Source: Octopus bimaculoides
Lineage: Eukaryota
Assembly: GCF_001194135.2 (NCBI RefSeq)
Contig: NC_068982.1
Span: 110,624,360 to 110,688,359 of the forward strand
Reading direction: 5' to 3'
DNA length: 64,000 nt
Part shown: piece by piece, positions 14,081 to 27,460 of the stretch
How the letters are laid out: each line of letters begins with the position of its first letter
How positions within the stretch are numbered: position 1 is the first letter of the stretch
Notes under the pieces: model-generated
What the model saw: only the letters and a program-made list of their open reading frames with translations
What the model was told of the DNA's origin: nothing
The model's database searches: none
Translations under genes and position numbers: made by a program

Positions 14081-14086
14081 TATATA

Positions 14087-14687
14087 TAAGGTTGTGTAAA
14101 AAGTAAGCAACGTTTTGAACCATGAAGAATTTGTTCTGGATTTTTGCAGAGTTTTGAATTTTTTTAAACATTTTTTTGCAATTGTCTGATAATACAGACA
14201 TAGAATTGCCCAAATGCATCAATAAATTAGCATTGATATTTTTTTTCACCGTTGCTACAATCATCTGAAATGGAACTGTGAAAGCGCGATATTCGAGCAA
14301 TTTTGCTATTCAACTTCAAAAAAGGACGTAAAGCCGTTGAAACTGCTCGCGATATCAATGAAACGTTTGATGAGGAAATGACCAGTGAGTGGCCAGCTTA
14401 AAAATGATCGTGAGCGTAGCGGATGCCCATCTGTCGTCGATGACGGTCAATTAAAGACCGTCATTGAGAAAGATCCACGTAAAACCACTCGAGAATTGAC
14501 AAAAGAACTTCAAGTTAGCCAGAAAATTGCCTGCAACTATTTGCATGCGATCAGAAAATGAAAAAAGCTCGACAAATGGGTACCACACGATTTGAATGAA
14601 AATCAGAAAATGCGCAAATATGAAATTTGTTCGTCGTTTCTTCTCCGTAACAAGACCAATCAATTTCTCGACCGTATTGTAACTTGT
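14087..14687 (+). mobile_element. mariner transposon, 5' half (pseudogenised)
   Basis: TA|TAAGGTTGTGTAAAAAGTAA terminal repeat and ATG at 14270. Reads KRDIRAILLFNFKKGRKAVETARDINETF...KTTRELTKELQVS...KKLDKWVPHDLNENQK...FLDRIVTC, i.e. the WVPHEL motif and the approach to the first catalytic Asp. Contains stops and an internal deletion. Confidence 0.93.
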
Positions 14688-14762
14688 TGGTTGTAGCCCA
14701 TGTGGAAAAAGGAAGTTTTGTCGCAGAATGAAATGATACTTAATGATTCTTGCTTAGTGTAA

Positions 14763-14982
14763 TAATATTGATTCCAAATTTTGGTACAAGACCAGCAGTT
14801 TCGTGGGTAATGGATAAGTCGATTACATCAACCCCAGTGCTTAACTGATACTTATTTTATCGACCCTGAAAGGATGAAAGGTAAAGTCGACCTCGGCAGA
14901 ATTTGAACTTAGAACGTAAAGACGGACGAAATGCCGCTAAGCATTTCGCCCGGCGTGCTAACACTTCTGCCAGCCCGTCGCC
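14763..14982 (-). mobile_element. SINE family B (B2 tail)
   Basis: Reverse complement of GGCGACGGGCTGGCAGAAGTGTTAGCACGCCGGGCGAAATGCTTAGCGG...GAGGTCGACTTTACCTTTCATCCTTTCAGGGTCGATAAAATAAGTATCAG. Possible TSD GTAATAATATTGA at 14759-14771 and 14992-15004. Confidence 0.9.
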
Positions 14983-16194
14983 TTATTTAGAGTAATAATA
15001 TTGAAATTAACTAAGAAAAACAGCTGAAAGCCAATTTCTTTTTGCTTTAGAAATACAAATCAAATTTTGCACAAACTTCTGCTTGAATCTGCCAAGTAGA
15101 AAATATTTCCTTGTTTGCAGTATTTATTTTCGTAAATATATCAAAGGTTCCTTTTAGACTGGTTTCTTTATTTATATATCTTGGTTATATTTGATATAGA
15201 AACTAGCAACTCCAGGAAAGGTTTGAATTGGTTCATAAATGAATTTATGTTTTGCAAATTCAATAATTTTAGATTGGGGTTTGTTCTTTTAGCACATTTA
15301 TGAACAAATGTATCACTTTTATTGTATTAGTGAAATTGTATAGTATTATTAAAAAATTCTAATCTTTTCAAGTATTTCGTATCACACTGCTTAGATACGA
15401 GAAACTTGAAAAGAATTAGCATGCGTTTATCTGTTTGGGCGAATTTTCATCTATATATCATTAGATATTAGAACTGAACATCAGGAGTTTAAATTTATCG
15501 GTAATTTAAAAAAAAAGTTACTCAGGGGACATATGAATTTCACTAATGTTTGCTTCAGAGGAATCAAATGGATAATTATTTAATGAAAGAAAATAAAATC
15601 AATAGTGGTGAATGGTAGGGAGGAAATAGAACTTATTTTTGTAACGAAAAATTCTTTATTCCTGTTATGTATGTACATATTGTAAGGTTATATCATTTTT
15701 CAGAGATATGCTTGCCAACCCTGTATATCATAAGTGATAGGTAGCCAGAAAAAAACACTACTTTTCATAATTTGTCAATCAGAATACAGAACTATGTTAT
15801 ATTAGGGAAGACAGCACTTTCATACTTTCATACCCTGACTTTGTCCAAAACAAAAACTTACCTTTTGGATGAAAATATATTACATTTAACCAACATAATT
15901 TGTTGGAAAATTTAATTGGAATCTATTTTAGTAATGAAAAATATATATCCGAGAACCGGTTGCATAAATGCCCTATTATTACTTTTCTCTCTACCAAGCG
16001 GTGAATAATATTTTGACATATTTAATTTCTTCTCGAGAACCAAGTTTATAAAGGAGGAATGCATTAGATGGCTATTTTCTTCTATTCTTTTACGTAATTG
16101 GAAGTAATATTTGACCCCATATTAAAAAGAAATTTATGGGTTATAAACATAAATTACATTTATGAAACTGAACGATATTTGAATATAAGGTGCA

Positions 16195-17045
16195 TTAATA
16201 CTAATTATTCAGGTTACTAACAGAAACTAATAGAGCCACTAATGCTAACCAATGTAGCCAGTAATACTAACTATTATAGCTACTATTAATAGTTATTATA
16301 GACACAAATGCTAAGTATTGCAGCCACTTGTAGCCGCTAATACTAATATAGACGCTACAGTGTAGCCACTAATACTATTATAACCACTAATATTAACTAT
16401 TAAAGCCACTAATATTAACTATTACTTCCACTAATGATAACTATTACAGCCACTAAAATATTATAGCCGCTAATACTGACTTTTATAACCACCAATGATA
16501 ATACTTATTGGAGCCATCGATACTAGTACTGCCACTAATACTGTTATAACCACTAAAATCTAACTGTTAAAGCTACTAGCATTATTATAGCTATTAATAC
16601 TCATTTTTATAGTCACTAATGATAACTATTACTGTGACTAATATTGTTACTACTATGGATACTAAATATTAACGCCACCAAAGCTATTAGTCACTATTAA
16701 TAACCTTTATAGCCTTTCATACAAACTACAGTCATTGATACTTTAGTCACTAATACTGACTAGTACAACCACTAATAGCTATTATGTTAAAACTTAGGTA
16801 AATAAGTTATTTTGATTAAACATAACTAGTCCGGGAATTTTTTGATACCACCTCGTACTATTATAGCCACTAATTTTAACTATTATAGCCAATAATACCA
16901 TTATAGTCATGAATAATAACTGATTTGGCCATGGATTCTATTACAGTTACTAATATAATACAGACACTAATACTAATTATTAGTCATTAATAATAAGTAT
17001 TACAGCGACTAATACTTTTATAGTTTATTAATACTAAATACTATA
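16195..17045. repeat. Degenerate ~18-22-bp minisatellite (consensus about GCCACTAATACTAACTATTATA)
   Basis: CCACTAAT / CACTAATA recurs at roughly 18-25-bp spacing over ~850 bp, interrupted near 16790-16850. Confidence 0.85.
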
Positions 17046-17084
17046 ATCTTCATGAGTCAATGAGAGAGTCCATACAAGGTCATT

Positions 17085-17790
17085 TGATTTGCTAGAAGTA
17101 CTAACTAAATCATCATCAAGTCACACTGCCGTTCGAAAAGAAACGAAAACCACATACGATAAGTTTCATCCTAGATACATTGCTTGAAAAAAATGGCTGG
17201 ATGGTTATGGCTATAATACTTTTCGACAATGGTTATGTAAGTTTGATCTGGGTTGTTGTTGCAACCCACATCAAACAACAATAGCAATAACAACATGTTT
17301 TCATTGGCATTTTCCTCTTATGTCATTCAGAATCTAATGTAAGAAATTTTGTTTCATTGTGTGATATGTTATTATTATTTAGTCCCAGATCAGTCCTGAC
17401 CAAGCAGATTTATAATCTAGGACAATGCGGTCTTCGTTTTGACATAATTTATCTAGGAATACATTATCCCGCGTAGTCTTCATTTTCTTTTTAAGAAAGT
17501 AGGTTGTATGATTTGAGGATAACTTAGCTGTTAGTTCTAACAAATCGAGTGAAAACGTAGAGGCTACCCCATTTACTTTGCTTTGTGATATTGCTTTGAG
17601 AAGTTGTTTAGCCGTAGTTCTGATTGAGAAGGTCTATAATCAAAGCTATTACGGCTGTGACCATCCAATCTTTTTTCAGACATTGTTTACCATGGATTAC
17701 ATTATCCAGTCAGTTCTATTTTTTTAAGATTGTAGAGTGTGACTTGAGGGAAACTTGTGTTATTTCTAGCTGGTCAACGACAAGGTGAAG
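17085..17790. mobile_element. Cluster of three family D repeats (+ 17085-17295; - 17378-17580; - 17605-17790)
   Basis: The sense copy ends in a CAACAATAGCAATAACAAC tail. The next two carry the reverse-complement core (TAGTCCCAGATCAGTCCTGACCAAGCAGA; GTGTGACTTGAGGGAAAC...ATTTCTAGC). Confidence 0.65.
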
Positions 17791-18820
17791 TCTAAGTTGT
17801 ATCCCCGATTAAGTGATATTGCATTGGGAGGTAGAGTACACTGTTGTTTTAAGAAATATATTGATTTCTTTTGAGTAGGCAAACTGCTATTTTCTTAAGG
17901 ATAGGATTTATAATCGACCAGTATTTTACAATGTTTTCTTAATAAACATTCTATTCTTTGTTTAAAATCCTTTCTTGTCATTTCATTCCAACACTCAAAA
18001 TACATACGTCAACACCTACACTTGACGACTCCAACAAGAAACAAAACAGATACAGCCACAATTACGTCAAAACGTCGATAACTAAACGACAGCATCAAGG
18101 AGCCAGATCTAACGAGGGAGCCTCTTGTATGATACCTCGCCAGGAAAAAGGCTAAAAGCTCAAAAGAATCTATGGCTTCAGGTTCGATCCCATTGTGTGG
18201 CAGCTTGGGGAAAACGGTATCCACCAATAATTCGAGTCGATTCAAATTTTGTGAATAAAATTGGGGTGACAGAAACTTTGTTGAAGACTGTCGGATGAAC
18301 TGTAACTGTTTTTCGGGCTGTAGATTTACTCCATGGTCTGGTTCAACACTGCTGCCTGGTACTTTGGTGTCTTTACCGGAGTTTACTCTATTGCAAACAT
18401 TCGGAATAGGTCTTTGGTTTGTTCATCCTTTTGCTTCATCAGCCTTGGAAGCTATACAAAAAGGTCATGGGCGTGAACGTTCCTGCTTAGCTTATGCTAT
18501 AGAAAAAAATGCCACTCGTATATCATCACAATAATTTTCCAGCTAAAATATGAAAATTTCGAAGCCCTACTTACTGCTGACAATGTTTGTATTATCAAGT
18601 CATTGTAAAACCCAAGACTCTTTCTCCCCGTCCCTCCTCTTTCTATTTACACACACACACACACGCACACAGATGCACACACACGCGCTCGCGCAACCCC
18701 CACACGTATATACGCATATATATATATGTATGTATACTCACACATTTGTATACAGAGAGACAAAGACATACATCTATCCATATACATTAATATACATTGC
18801 ACTCATATGTATGCATATAT

Positions 18821-18877
<57 letters not shown>

Positions 18878-19290
18878 CATATATATATATGCACCTATAG
18901 ATGCTTGAGTTAAAAAAAGAATAGACCAGGCTAAATCGAGTTCTCCAGATAAATCAATATTGATACAGCGAAAATTAGAAAATATTTCAGGGACTTTCCA
19001 TTTGAGATCTCTGTCTGAGCATGCGCACACAATCCCATATACATATGGAATACAATGCATGGTAATATATTTCCATTCATGAAATATGCACACTTGTGTT
19101 CTAACGTGAGACATACACTCATGAGTGCAAGTTTATTCACTCACACGCATATATGCATACATGAAAGAATTCAGATAACCACAAGCTCCAAGAGCTTGAA
19201 TTCTGCAAAAGTAAAAAAAAAATTCCCATATAAATCCCCCAAAAACACACACACGCACGCACATACACTCGCACGCGTGCGCAGACACAC

Positions 19291-19397
<107 letters not shown>

Positions 19398-21214
19398 CAC
19401 ATACGGTGCATAGTGGTGTGATGCTCTAAAGCAGTAGTTCTTAACCTGGGCGGTGATGCTCTTTTGGGGCATGACAAGATCACAAGAAACTGATGTGTGG
19501 CCAATGGGCATTCAGAAGTACTATGGCTCTTCAGAGAAATAAAATGTTACATCGAGTTACAATAGTTATATTTTAGACACATTAAAAAATAAATATCATT
19601 GTGCTGTCAGTGATTATATAAATTAGAAAATGGAAACTCCCTGTCTTTAGTAGGAATAAAAATCACTATTGTTAATGTTTCTCATAGCTACTTGAGAAAA
19701 GATTCAGCTTAGTAGTACAACTGTTAACTAAAATTTTAATTGCAATGTCTTTTGTTTTAGTTGCGTGTATCAGCAATTACTTGTAATGTAAGCACCGGGC
19801 TAGCAGTTTTGAAAAGAGATTAGTAGATACCATCGATCTAGTATGTAACTGGTACTTTAGTTTATTGACCCCAGGTGGATGAAATGCAAAGCTGATGCCA
19901 GCAGATTTGACCCGAGAATATTGCAGCAGGCAATATTTGAATGGTCGTTGGCGATATGCACTTAGTTCAAAATAAAAGGTTCTCAATCTTGTGCCGCTAC
20001 GCGTCCCCTGAAAGGCGTTTGTAAAATGTTATTCAGTGAAAGCTATGCTGTTTTGCAAAAATAAATAAATTATAATAAATATAATCAATTTTTAATTATT
20101 TTAATCAAATAAAAACCTAGGAAGGCATGCGAAGCTCATAGACACAGATATTCTCTCTCTGGCTAATGTGTATTCTTTTTATTGGAGATAATATATCATA
20201 GAAGATTACATTATCTTCTGTGTCCTTTACTTATATAAGAAAGAAAGGTGTGACTTGAAGGAGAGTTAGCTGTTATTTCTGGCAAGTTGGGCGACAACAT
20301 TGAGATTCTCTCGTTGTTTCAATGTTTGTAAAACTCTCGATGTTTGTGTTTCATTTTCCATTTGCTACCAGAACAGAAATTTCATTAAATAGAATCAGGT
20401 TAACTGACGCTAAACCTCCTGGAAATGCTTTCTTTTAATTTTCTTTTTGTTGCCATGGTTATGTATTTCAGGGGCTTTGTAGTTATGGGGGAAAATGTGG
20501 AGATATTTAGATGTTCATATATTTCCTGAGATCATATGCAACGGAGGTGAAGTACACTTGATGTCACTTGAAGATCGAAATCCTGGGCTGGTATCTTGAT
20601 TCTCAAAGTCTTGATTCTCTCTTTACATTTTGCTGTAATTTTCACGCCTTATCTAACATAATCATTGGTAACGTAATTTCATTTCGATTCTCGAATGAAG
20701 CTATTTCACTTAACTTACGTTACTAGTTCCTCCGAGTAAGTCATGAAAAGCTCAACTTCCTATTCCCATCATCCAAAATATACGGTCTTAGTACAATGTT
20801 TAGAGTAGCATTCAATATGGCTGATGTTCTTGATATAGATTTCATTTTAAATCTATAATAATAATCTTTTATTATGCATATTAATCCATAGAAGGGTCGA
20901 TTGAGTGACAGAAACGGTTAAGAGCCGGACTAAATTTACTTTAATTATTTTCTTCCGAATTCGTTCTTCATTCAAATTCCACCGGAGACGAAAATGTCTT
21001 TCATCACTTCAGTGTCGATAAAATAATTAACAGTCAATTATATTATGGTCAATTCAATCAACTAAATACATTTACACTAACAGTTGTATCTTTGTGTCAA
21101 TATAAGAAGTCAATATCAATCAATAATAACATATGTAGCTGTAAAATGAATTGAAAAGTCTGCAGGAAATTTCAGTGAGTTTGCAGTTTAAAGAATCAAC
21201 CATTGCCCCTCAAG

Positions 21215-21454
21215 TCATCATAATAATAACTGTTTCTGATTTAGACACAAAGCCGGCAATTTTGAAGGGACGGAGCTTAGTCAGTTCTGTAGACACTAGT
21301 ACTTTATTTTATCGACTGGTACTTCATTGTATCAACTCCTAAAGGACGAAAGACAAAGTTTACTTCAGCGGGAGTTGAATTCAGAAACGTGAAGAGCTAG
21401 AAGAAATACTACGTGAAATTTTGCTCAAAGCGTTAAAGGTTCCGCCAAGTTGCC
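21215..21454 (-). mobile_element. SINE family B, degenerate
   Basis: TTTATCGACTGGTAC...GACGAAAGACAAAGT...GAATTCAGAAACGT, reverse complement of the family B core. Confidence 0.7.
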
Positions 21455-21486
21455 TCTTTGAATTATAACATTACTAATCATGAAAA

Positions 21487-21670
21487 GGCGGTGAACTGGC
21501 AGAATCGTTAGCGGCATTTCGCCCGCTTTTACGTTCCGAGTCCAAATTCCGTCGATGTCGACTTTGCTTTCATGTCCTTAGTAAGTACCAGTTGAGCACT
21601 TGGGTTGATGAAATCGACTTAAACCCCTCTCCCGAACTTGCTGGCCTTGTACCAAAATTTGAAGCTAATA
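21487..21670 (+). mobile_element. SINE family B (B2 tail), head-to-head with the preceding copy
   Basis: GGCGGTGAACTGGCAGAATCGTTAGC...GTCGACTTTGCTTTCAT...GCTGGCCTTGTACCAAAATTTGAAGC. Confidence 0.85.
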
Positions 21671-23438
21671 TCTACTAAATACTAACTAACTTCAGATAGC
21701 TGTTGTAGTTTTACTTATAATTAACTCCATGAATTTACAGAATCAGTAGAATATCTAAGCACATATATTGCTGTATTGAGTTAAGTCATTATACAATTTG
21801 CTTTAACATGTTAGTCAAGAAAGAGACTGTGATGCCGTCAACTTTCCACAAAATTGAGTAGACTCCAGTAACGGCACACAGAGACAAGATGTGGCATTAA
21901 GTCGGGTGGCGTGATAGGCTTCAGTACAAATCCAGTTGAGTTCATTTTTAAACCTCTTTCAGGTGTTGTCAACGCTGTTGTTATTTAACTATAAATTAAC
22001 TCTGAATGAGCAGACATCTACAATCATCTTATTTTTCAGACACTATATCGCGCACTACATTATCAAGGGTGTCTTTATTTCAAAGGAGATTTTTAGAAAG
22101 TCGATTAACCATTTAAAAGTTTTCTCATTGGCTTGCTCTTCAGACACAGGTAAAATAAGTACCAGTTATATATGATGGTGTCTATTTAATCTACTATTAC
22201 TATTCACCCCAAAATGTGTGGTCTTGTGTCTATGTGAGGGATCAATATATATATATATATATATGCTGTTCTTCATCATTCTTCTGAAAACAGACAAGTC
22301 AAAGAAAACCGATTAATGGTTGCCAAGACAAATTTGTGTTGGAACGAAAATATTAAGACGGAATTCAGCAAACAAAAAAACAAAACAAAGCAAAAAATAT
22401 AAAAAACAAAACAAAAGTGGTTTTTGATATTCTTCCAATGCTTTCGTCAATAAATACAACGGCGAAGGGGAAAGAGTTTCCACTGATTTTACTGAGTATA
22501 TATCAATACAGGATAAAATAAAGAAATTGCTGTTCACAGGAGAAAAGAAAAAAAAAATCGGTGATCTTTTATTAGAAGACAAATTATAGGGAGATGAGCT
22601 ACCTATAGATTATTCCTGATATCGATGTAATGTGCTCAGATTCCTGGACACGAATTCGGCGTGAATTAGAAGAGATTATAAAATGTGCCACAAAATTAAC
22701 AAAGATAATTCACTTAGACAACACAATGTTAAAACTTTACGATGATGAGCTGATTAAGATATTGTTAATAGGAAATTGGCAAGAAAGAAGGAGGCCGCTT
22801 CTCTGATATGACTGATAAAATAATACCACAATATTAATCACGACGAGTGCGGAGTGATTAGGTTTTGACTTTCGCTTTTTTTTTTCTGATCTTATTTCTA
22901 CTTCATTATTCTATCTTCGGTTCGAACTCATATTATTTATTTCAATGAATAGTAATAAATAACAAAAATATCAAAGAATTTCTGAGATGCCACACAAACA
23001 CAGAAATTTAGGCTTAAATTAATATTGTATACTTACACTTTTATTTACTCCTGCTTTTAACATACACATGAGATCAAACATTTTTGAGAACGAAATAGTT
23101 CGTTAAATCGACCTTAATATTGGAATGGTTGTTATTTTATTACCCTGCAAAAAAAAAAAAGAAAAAGAAAATCGATGTCGATCGCAGCGAGATTTGATCT
23201 CAGATCGTAAAATTAACTAAATACTGCAAGGTATTTTTGCTACATGTTCTGTTTATTATGTCTTCTACCACCCTCTAACAAGAATATAACAATGATTTTT
23301 AAGATTGGTACAAAGCCACACACATATTTTTTGAGTGTAGGGAAGAACTGTATATTTTGTTAAATCTGACCCAGAGTCTTATTTGAGTGACCCAAAGTGA
23401 TGAAGTGAATACATTGGTAAGCATAATCAAAAGACATT

Positions 23439-23661
23439 GCTGGCAGAAACGTTAGCACGCCGGGCAAAATGCTTCGCGGTATTTCGTCTGCCGTTACGAT
23501 CTGAGTTCAAATTCCGCCGAGGTCGACTTTGCCTTTCATCCTTTCTGGGGTCGATAAATTAAGTACCAGTTACGCACTGGGGTCGATGTAATCGACTTAA
23601 CCCATTTGTCTGTCCTTGTTTGTCCCCTCTATGTTTAGCCTCCTGTGGGCAATAACGAAAT
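23439..23661 (+). mobile_element. SINE family B (B1 tail)
   Basis: GCTGGCAGAAACGTTAGCACGCCGGGC...CCGAGGTCGACTTTGCCTTTCATCC...TTGTCCCCTCTATGTTTAGCCTCCTGTGGGCAATAACGAAAT. Near-TSD AAGACATTGC / AAGACGTTGC. Confidence 0.92.
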
Positions 23662-24555
23662 AAGACGTTGCATTGAAAACTATCCCCTGCCAGACATTTT
23701 ATATAAAGATTGCAATAAGTAACGTGTCATTTTTTAAAAAAAGTTGTTACGGCTAATTTAAGGATGATTTAACTGCCACTTCAGCATGCCAAGCAACCAC
23801 GTAGAGTCTCTCTCGTTGACTCATGAAAAAAAATTTTTTTTGAAATTTTGTCATTTTAAATACAGACTAAGGAAGAATACTCGTAAACGTGTTCTGCATA
23901 AGCGTCAAATAGTAAAATCAAGGCTAATATATACATAATATAATAATAAATAATCATTAGCTTAATGATCACTTAAGCCAAAAAAAAAAAAAAGAAAAAA
24001 GTGACGTAGACAACAAGGAAATTTTACTTTAATTAAAAACAAAATGAGCAATGCAGTTTTTATTACTTTGTCAAGAAGAGAAAATTATCTTCATAATTTC
24101 ATTAATAAAGGATTGGTTTTCTGTTCATTACTAAGTTGCTTCTTTCATTCCCCAGTCATTGTCAGAAGTATTCATTATCTTTTGAAAGTTTAGACTGTTG
24201 TTATTGACATATTTGGACGTGATCCACTTAAATATGAACATCTTCTGCTTGGAATGCAAAGGTATGCTGATAGTGTATATAGAATTATCATTTATGGAAT
24301 ATTGTTTTCTACCATCAGTAGAAGTGTTCTAATTATGTGATTTTCAGGAAATTCTCGTGGGTATTAGGGGAGTAAGTGAAGAGTAATCAGTACGGCCATC
24401 GATCAATTACACACACAGACACACACACACACACATAACAGAAGTAAATAGACACCCCATGAAATATAGTTTTATGTTTATTTTAACTTTAAAAGCTTAT
24501 ATTTTTTATTAATTGACATTTTTATGTTTCAGGTTCTATATGTGACTTTTTAATC

Positions 24556-25529
24556 ATGCCACTCACGAAAGAAGCCTTGAAAGTGTCTGAATCTCAAAGA
24601 GGCCGTATTGTGAGTCAATCTGAAGGTGGATTTAGTATAAAATCACAGAAAACCCTGAGATCCCGCTTTCTACAGTTAATCGAGTGATTGTGCAATTTAC
24701 CAGAGAGGGGAAGGAGTCCGCATCATCTCACCCAGGTCAACCAGAAACCCTCTGACAGGACCCTTCGCTTCGTTAAGAGGATAATCCTCATTGCAAGGCC
24801 TCTGACATAGCAGAACAAGTTTATGTCAGTCCCAGAGCAGCCGTCAGGTATCTTCACAAACTTGGCTACTATGGCAGAGCAGCAAGAAGGAAGCTACTTC
24901 TTCGACCAGCGAATATCAAGGGGAGAAAAGACTGGACCAGTGAGATGGTGGAGAGGCCACTAGCATTTTGGAACATTGTCATATTCTTTGATGACTCCAG
25001 ATTTGCTGTATTTTCTGACAGTGGTCAAGTGTGGGTTTGGAGACTCTGTGATCAACAATTTGACATGAAAAGATTGCAGCAAACAATGAAACACAGTAGC
25101 TATTCTGTGATGTCTGGGGAGCAATTTGGAGCAATGGTCGATCAGAGTTGGTAGAGTGTGAAGGAAACATAAACTCAGATAAATATGTGTCCATACTGCA
25201 GAAAGGTGAAATGATTAAAGAAGACACTTTATGGAAGATGTGGTTCCTTGTCACATGGCTAAAAAGACCCAAGATTGGTTCGAAGAGAACACATTAAAAA
25301 GCTTCCATGGCCAAGCCAGTCACCAGATATAAACTCTATTGAACACCTCTGGGGCATAATGGACAGAACACTTCATAAAAAGAAAAAGAAAGCATCCTCA
25401 AAGCCAGATATTTTGAGATTACTCCATGAAATCTAGCAAGAAACTCCTCAAGAGAATGTTTATCATCTGATCATGCCTAGTAGCGTCCTTGCATTGAAAA
25501 ATGAAAAGGACGTGTCTAGTAGATATTAG
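24556..25529 (+). mobile_element. Tc1-family (DD34E) transposase pseudogene
   Basis: ATG at 24556. Reads [32 protein letters not shown] (first D), [15 protein letters not shown] (second D), [16 protein letters not shown] (E), ending SRY* at 25529. Several frameshifts; terminal repeats not confidently located. Confidence 0.93.
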
Positions 25530-25619
25530 ATACTCACGTTATAATAACTAATAAATAATTTGAATGTATAATTTCAGATTTAAATAAATTTTAACGATTA
25601 TAAAGGTATCTATTTGAGT

Positions 25620-25879
25620 ATCTTTCATCTTTTCTGCGTCTTGCAGTTCGTATCTGCATTTATTTTGAACGAGAATCCGCTCTTGGATTTTATGTGGGAA
25701 CCATTTTCTAAGTATTTAAAGTTGTTGTTGCATGTTCCACATCTGCTTTCTCCATATTCTTTTTCGGATAATTCTGATTCATTCTCTGATCTGAATTTTG
25801 CTCTTGTTAAGTGTCTTTTGAGACTTTTTGGTTGGCGTCTACTGTTTCGTAAGGGGTTTTTATCAATCAGATCTTCCAT
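25620..25879 (-). mobile_element. Penelope-like element fragment (RT to GIY-YIG linker with Cys motif)
   Basis: Track ORF reads SRRQPKSLKRHLTRAKF...RCGTCNNN...FSFKINADTNCKTQ, matching the recalled PLE pattern RxPKxLxxxLxRAK...CxxC...FKIxxxxxCxT just before the GIY-YIG domain. Confidence 0.7.
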
Positions 25880-25882
25880 TTT

Positions 25883-27218
25883 GGGGCTGTGCTCCCGTGG
25901 GGCAGAGGTGGCGAATGCTTACATTGCCTCCGTTATCATTTATCGCCTGACCGTTGTGCCTTGTCCCGGTTACTGCTTGACCAAGTTGGAACGTCCCTCA
26001 TTTAAATTCTTGTGGAAGGGACCCGTTCCAATGGTCAGGCGGTCAGTCTGTTGCTAACATCCTCTGAGTGGCGGATTAGGTATGCCGTGGCTCCCAATGC
26101 GCAGACACGCGCTTAGATTACGCCACCTGCAACGATTTCTGGAGGTGAGCGTGTGTAAGTTTCGTTTGTGAGGCTCGTCTTTCCGCAGCTCGTCTCCTGA
26201 CCTGGGTGAAGAAAAGACCGAGACTGGGCGCCTGGCACCTAGAATGTCGTCAGGCGCTCACAACCTTCTACCAGTCGGGCAATGGGATCGGTGGATGTTC
26301 TGCTTTAGAATTTTATAGAGGATTAGTAGCGGGGAAGTGCGACGACATTCTCGGAGAGACTCTGGGCGCCGACGAAAATGAACTGGCTAGCCTTTTCCGG
26401 AAGGCTTTCCGGTCGGGAACTATCAGGGATAATTTCCAGATGTGCTTGGCCTGGCAGTACCACCGGGGGCGCTACCGGTTCGAGAAAAGCTCTACAGGCA
26501 CGGATGCGCTGTCAGNNNNNNNNNNNNNNNNNNNNNNNNNNNNNNNNNNNNNNCACGTCCTCGTTCAGTGTCCGGGTATTGCTGACTTGTGGGGTTATGT
26601 TGAAAAGATGCTGTCACGTGTGGGACGGATCCGTCTGTCGGCCGAGTCTGTAGTAATGATTGCACCGCCGCCCACCTTCAATCGGGCAAGTAAGACAGTT
26701 TTACTTTGGCTGGTGGCTGTGACAAAAGAGTTTGTTTGGTGGACAAGGTTGAAAGGCATCACGACAGATACATTCCTCTTTGGTAGAGCTCTCATTGACT
26801 TTTTCAAGTTTCACTTGAAAAGGAAATTGAGAGTGGAAATTATCGAAAGGTGGGTGAAAGTTGCGAAACTGGCTAGAGTGGATGGTCCCTCTCTAAGTAT
26901 AAACCTGTGAGCCAGAGGGAAGGAATTGGTGGGGGCACTTGCTCATAGAGTTTCAGGGAAATCTCGGACAGTGGGGTTCCTCGGTTATCCCTAGAGGCGT
27001 ACCTGTATCAGGAGGGCTACATCTCTATCATCCCGACCCCACTTTTTTGTACCTTTGTATGGTATGCATATGTCTCTTCTTTTCCAGTGTATACTTTCGT
27101 TTTTTTTTTTATCATTTCATTATTATATGTAAACCCCAACACTTTATTTCTGTCTCTGTATTGTCCCCCTCATCCTTCGCCCTTGTGGCAAATAAATGAA
27201 ATCATTATTATTATTATT
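25883..27218 (+). mobile_element. 5'-truncated Tx1/L1-like LINE (RT C-terminus, Cys/His knuckle, 3' UTR, (ATT)n tail)
   Basis: Reads GAEVANAYIASVIIYRLTVVPCP, FKFLWKG...HPLSGGLGMPWL, HVLVQCP...LW, with a stop at 26910, AATAAA at 27191 and an (ATT)n tail at 27204-27218. N-gap at 26516-26553. Confidence 0.85.
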
Positions 27219-27231
27219 AGCACCAGCAGCA

Positions 27232-27460
27232 GCAACAAGCTAGCAGAATCGTTAGCGCGCTGGTCGAAATGCTTAGCAGTATTTCGTCTGTCGTTACGTT
27301 CTGTGTTCTAATTCCACTGAAACCGACCTTAGCTTTCATCATTTCGGGGTCGATAAAATAACTACCAGTGAAACATTGGAGTCGATGTAATTGACTCATT
27401 CCCTCCCCCAAAAGGGCTGCCTTTGTGGCAAAACTTGAAACTATTATTATTATTATTATT
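27232..27460 (+). mobile_element. SINE family B (B2 tail) ending in (TAT)n
   Basis: GCTAGCAGAATCGTTAGCGCG...GGGGTCGATAAAATAACTACCAG...GCCTTTGTGGCAAAACTTGAAACTATTATTATT. Confidence 0.88.

Noticed and set aside
19430-20010. hAT/Charlie-type MITE (CAGTAGTTCTTAACCTGGG; GGTTCTCAATCTTG)
   Set aside because: Only left-end-like words; no matching inverted end or 8-bp TSD found.
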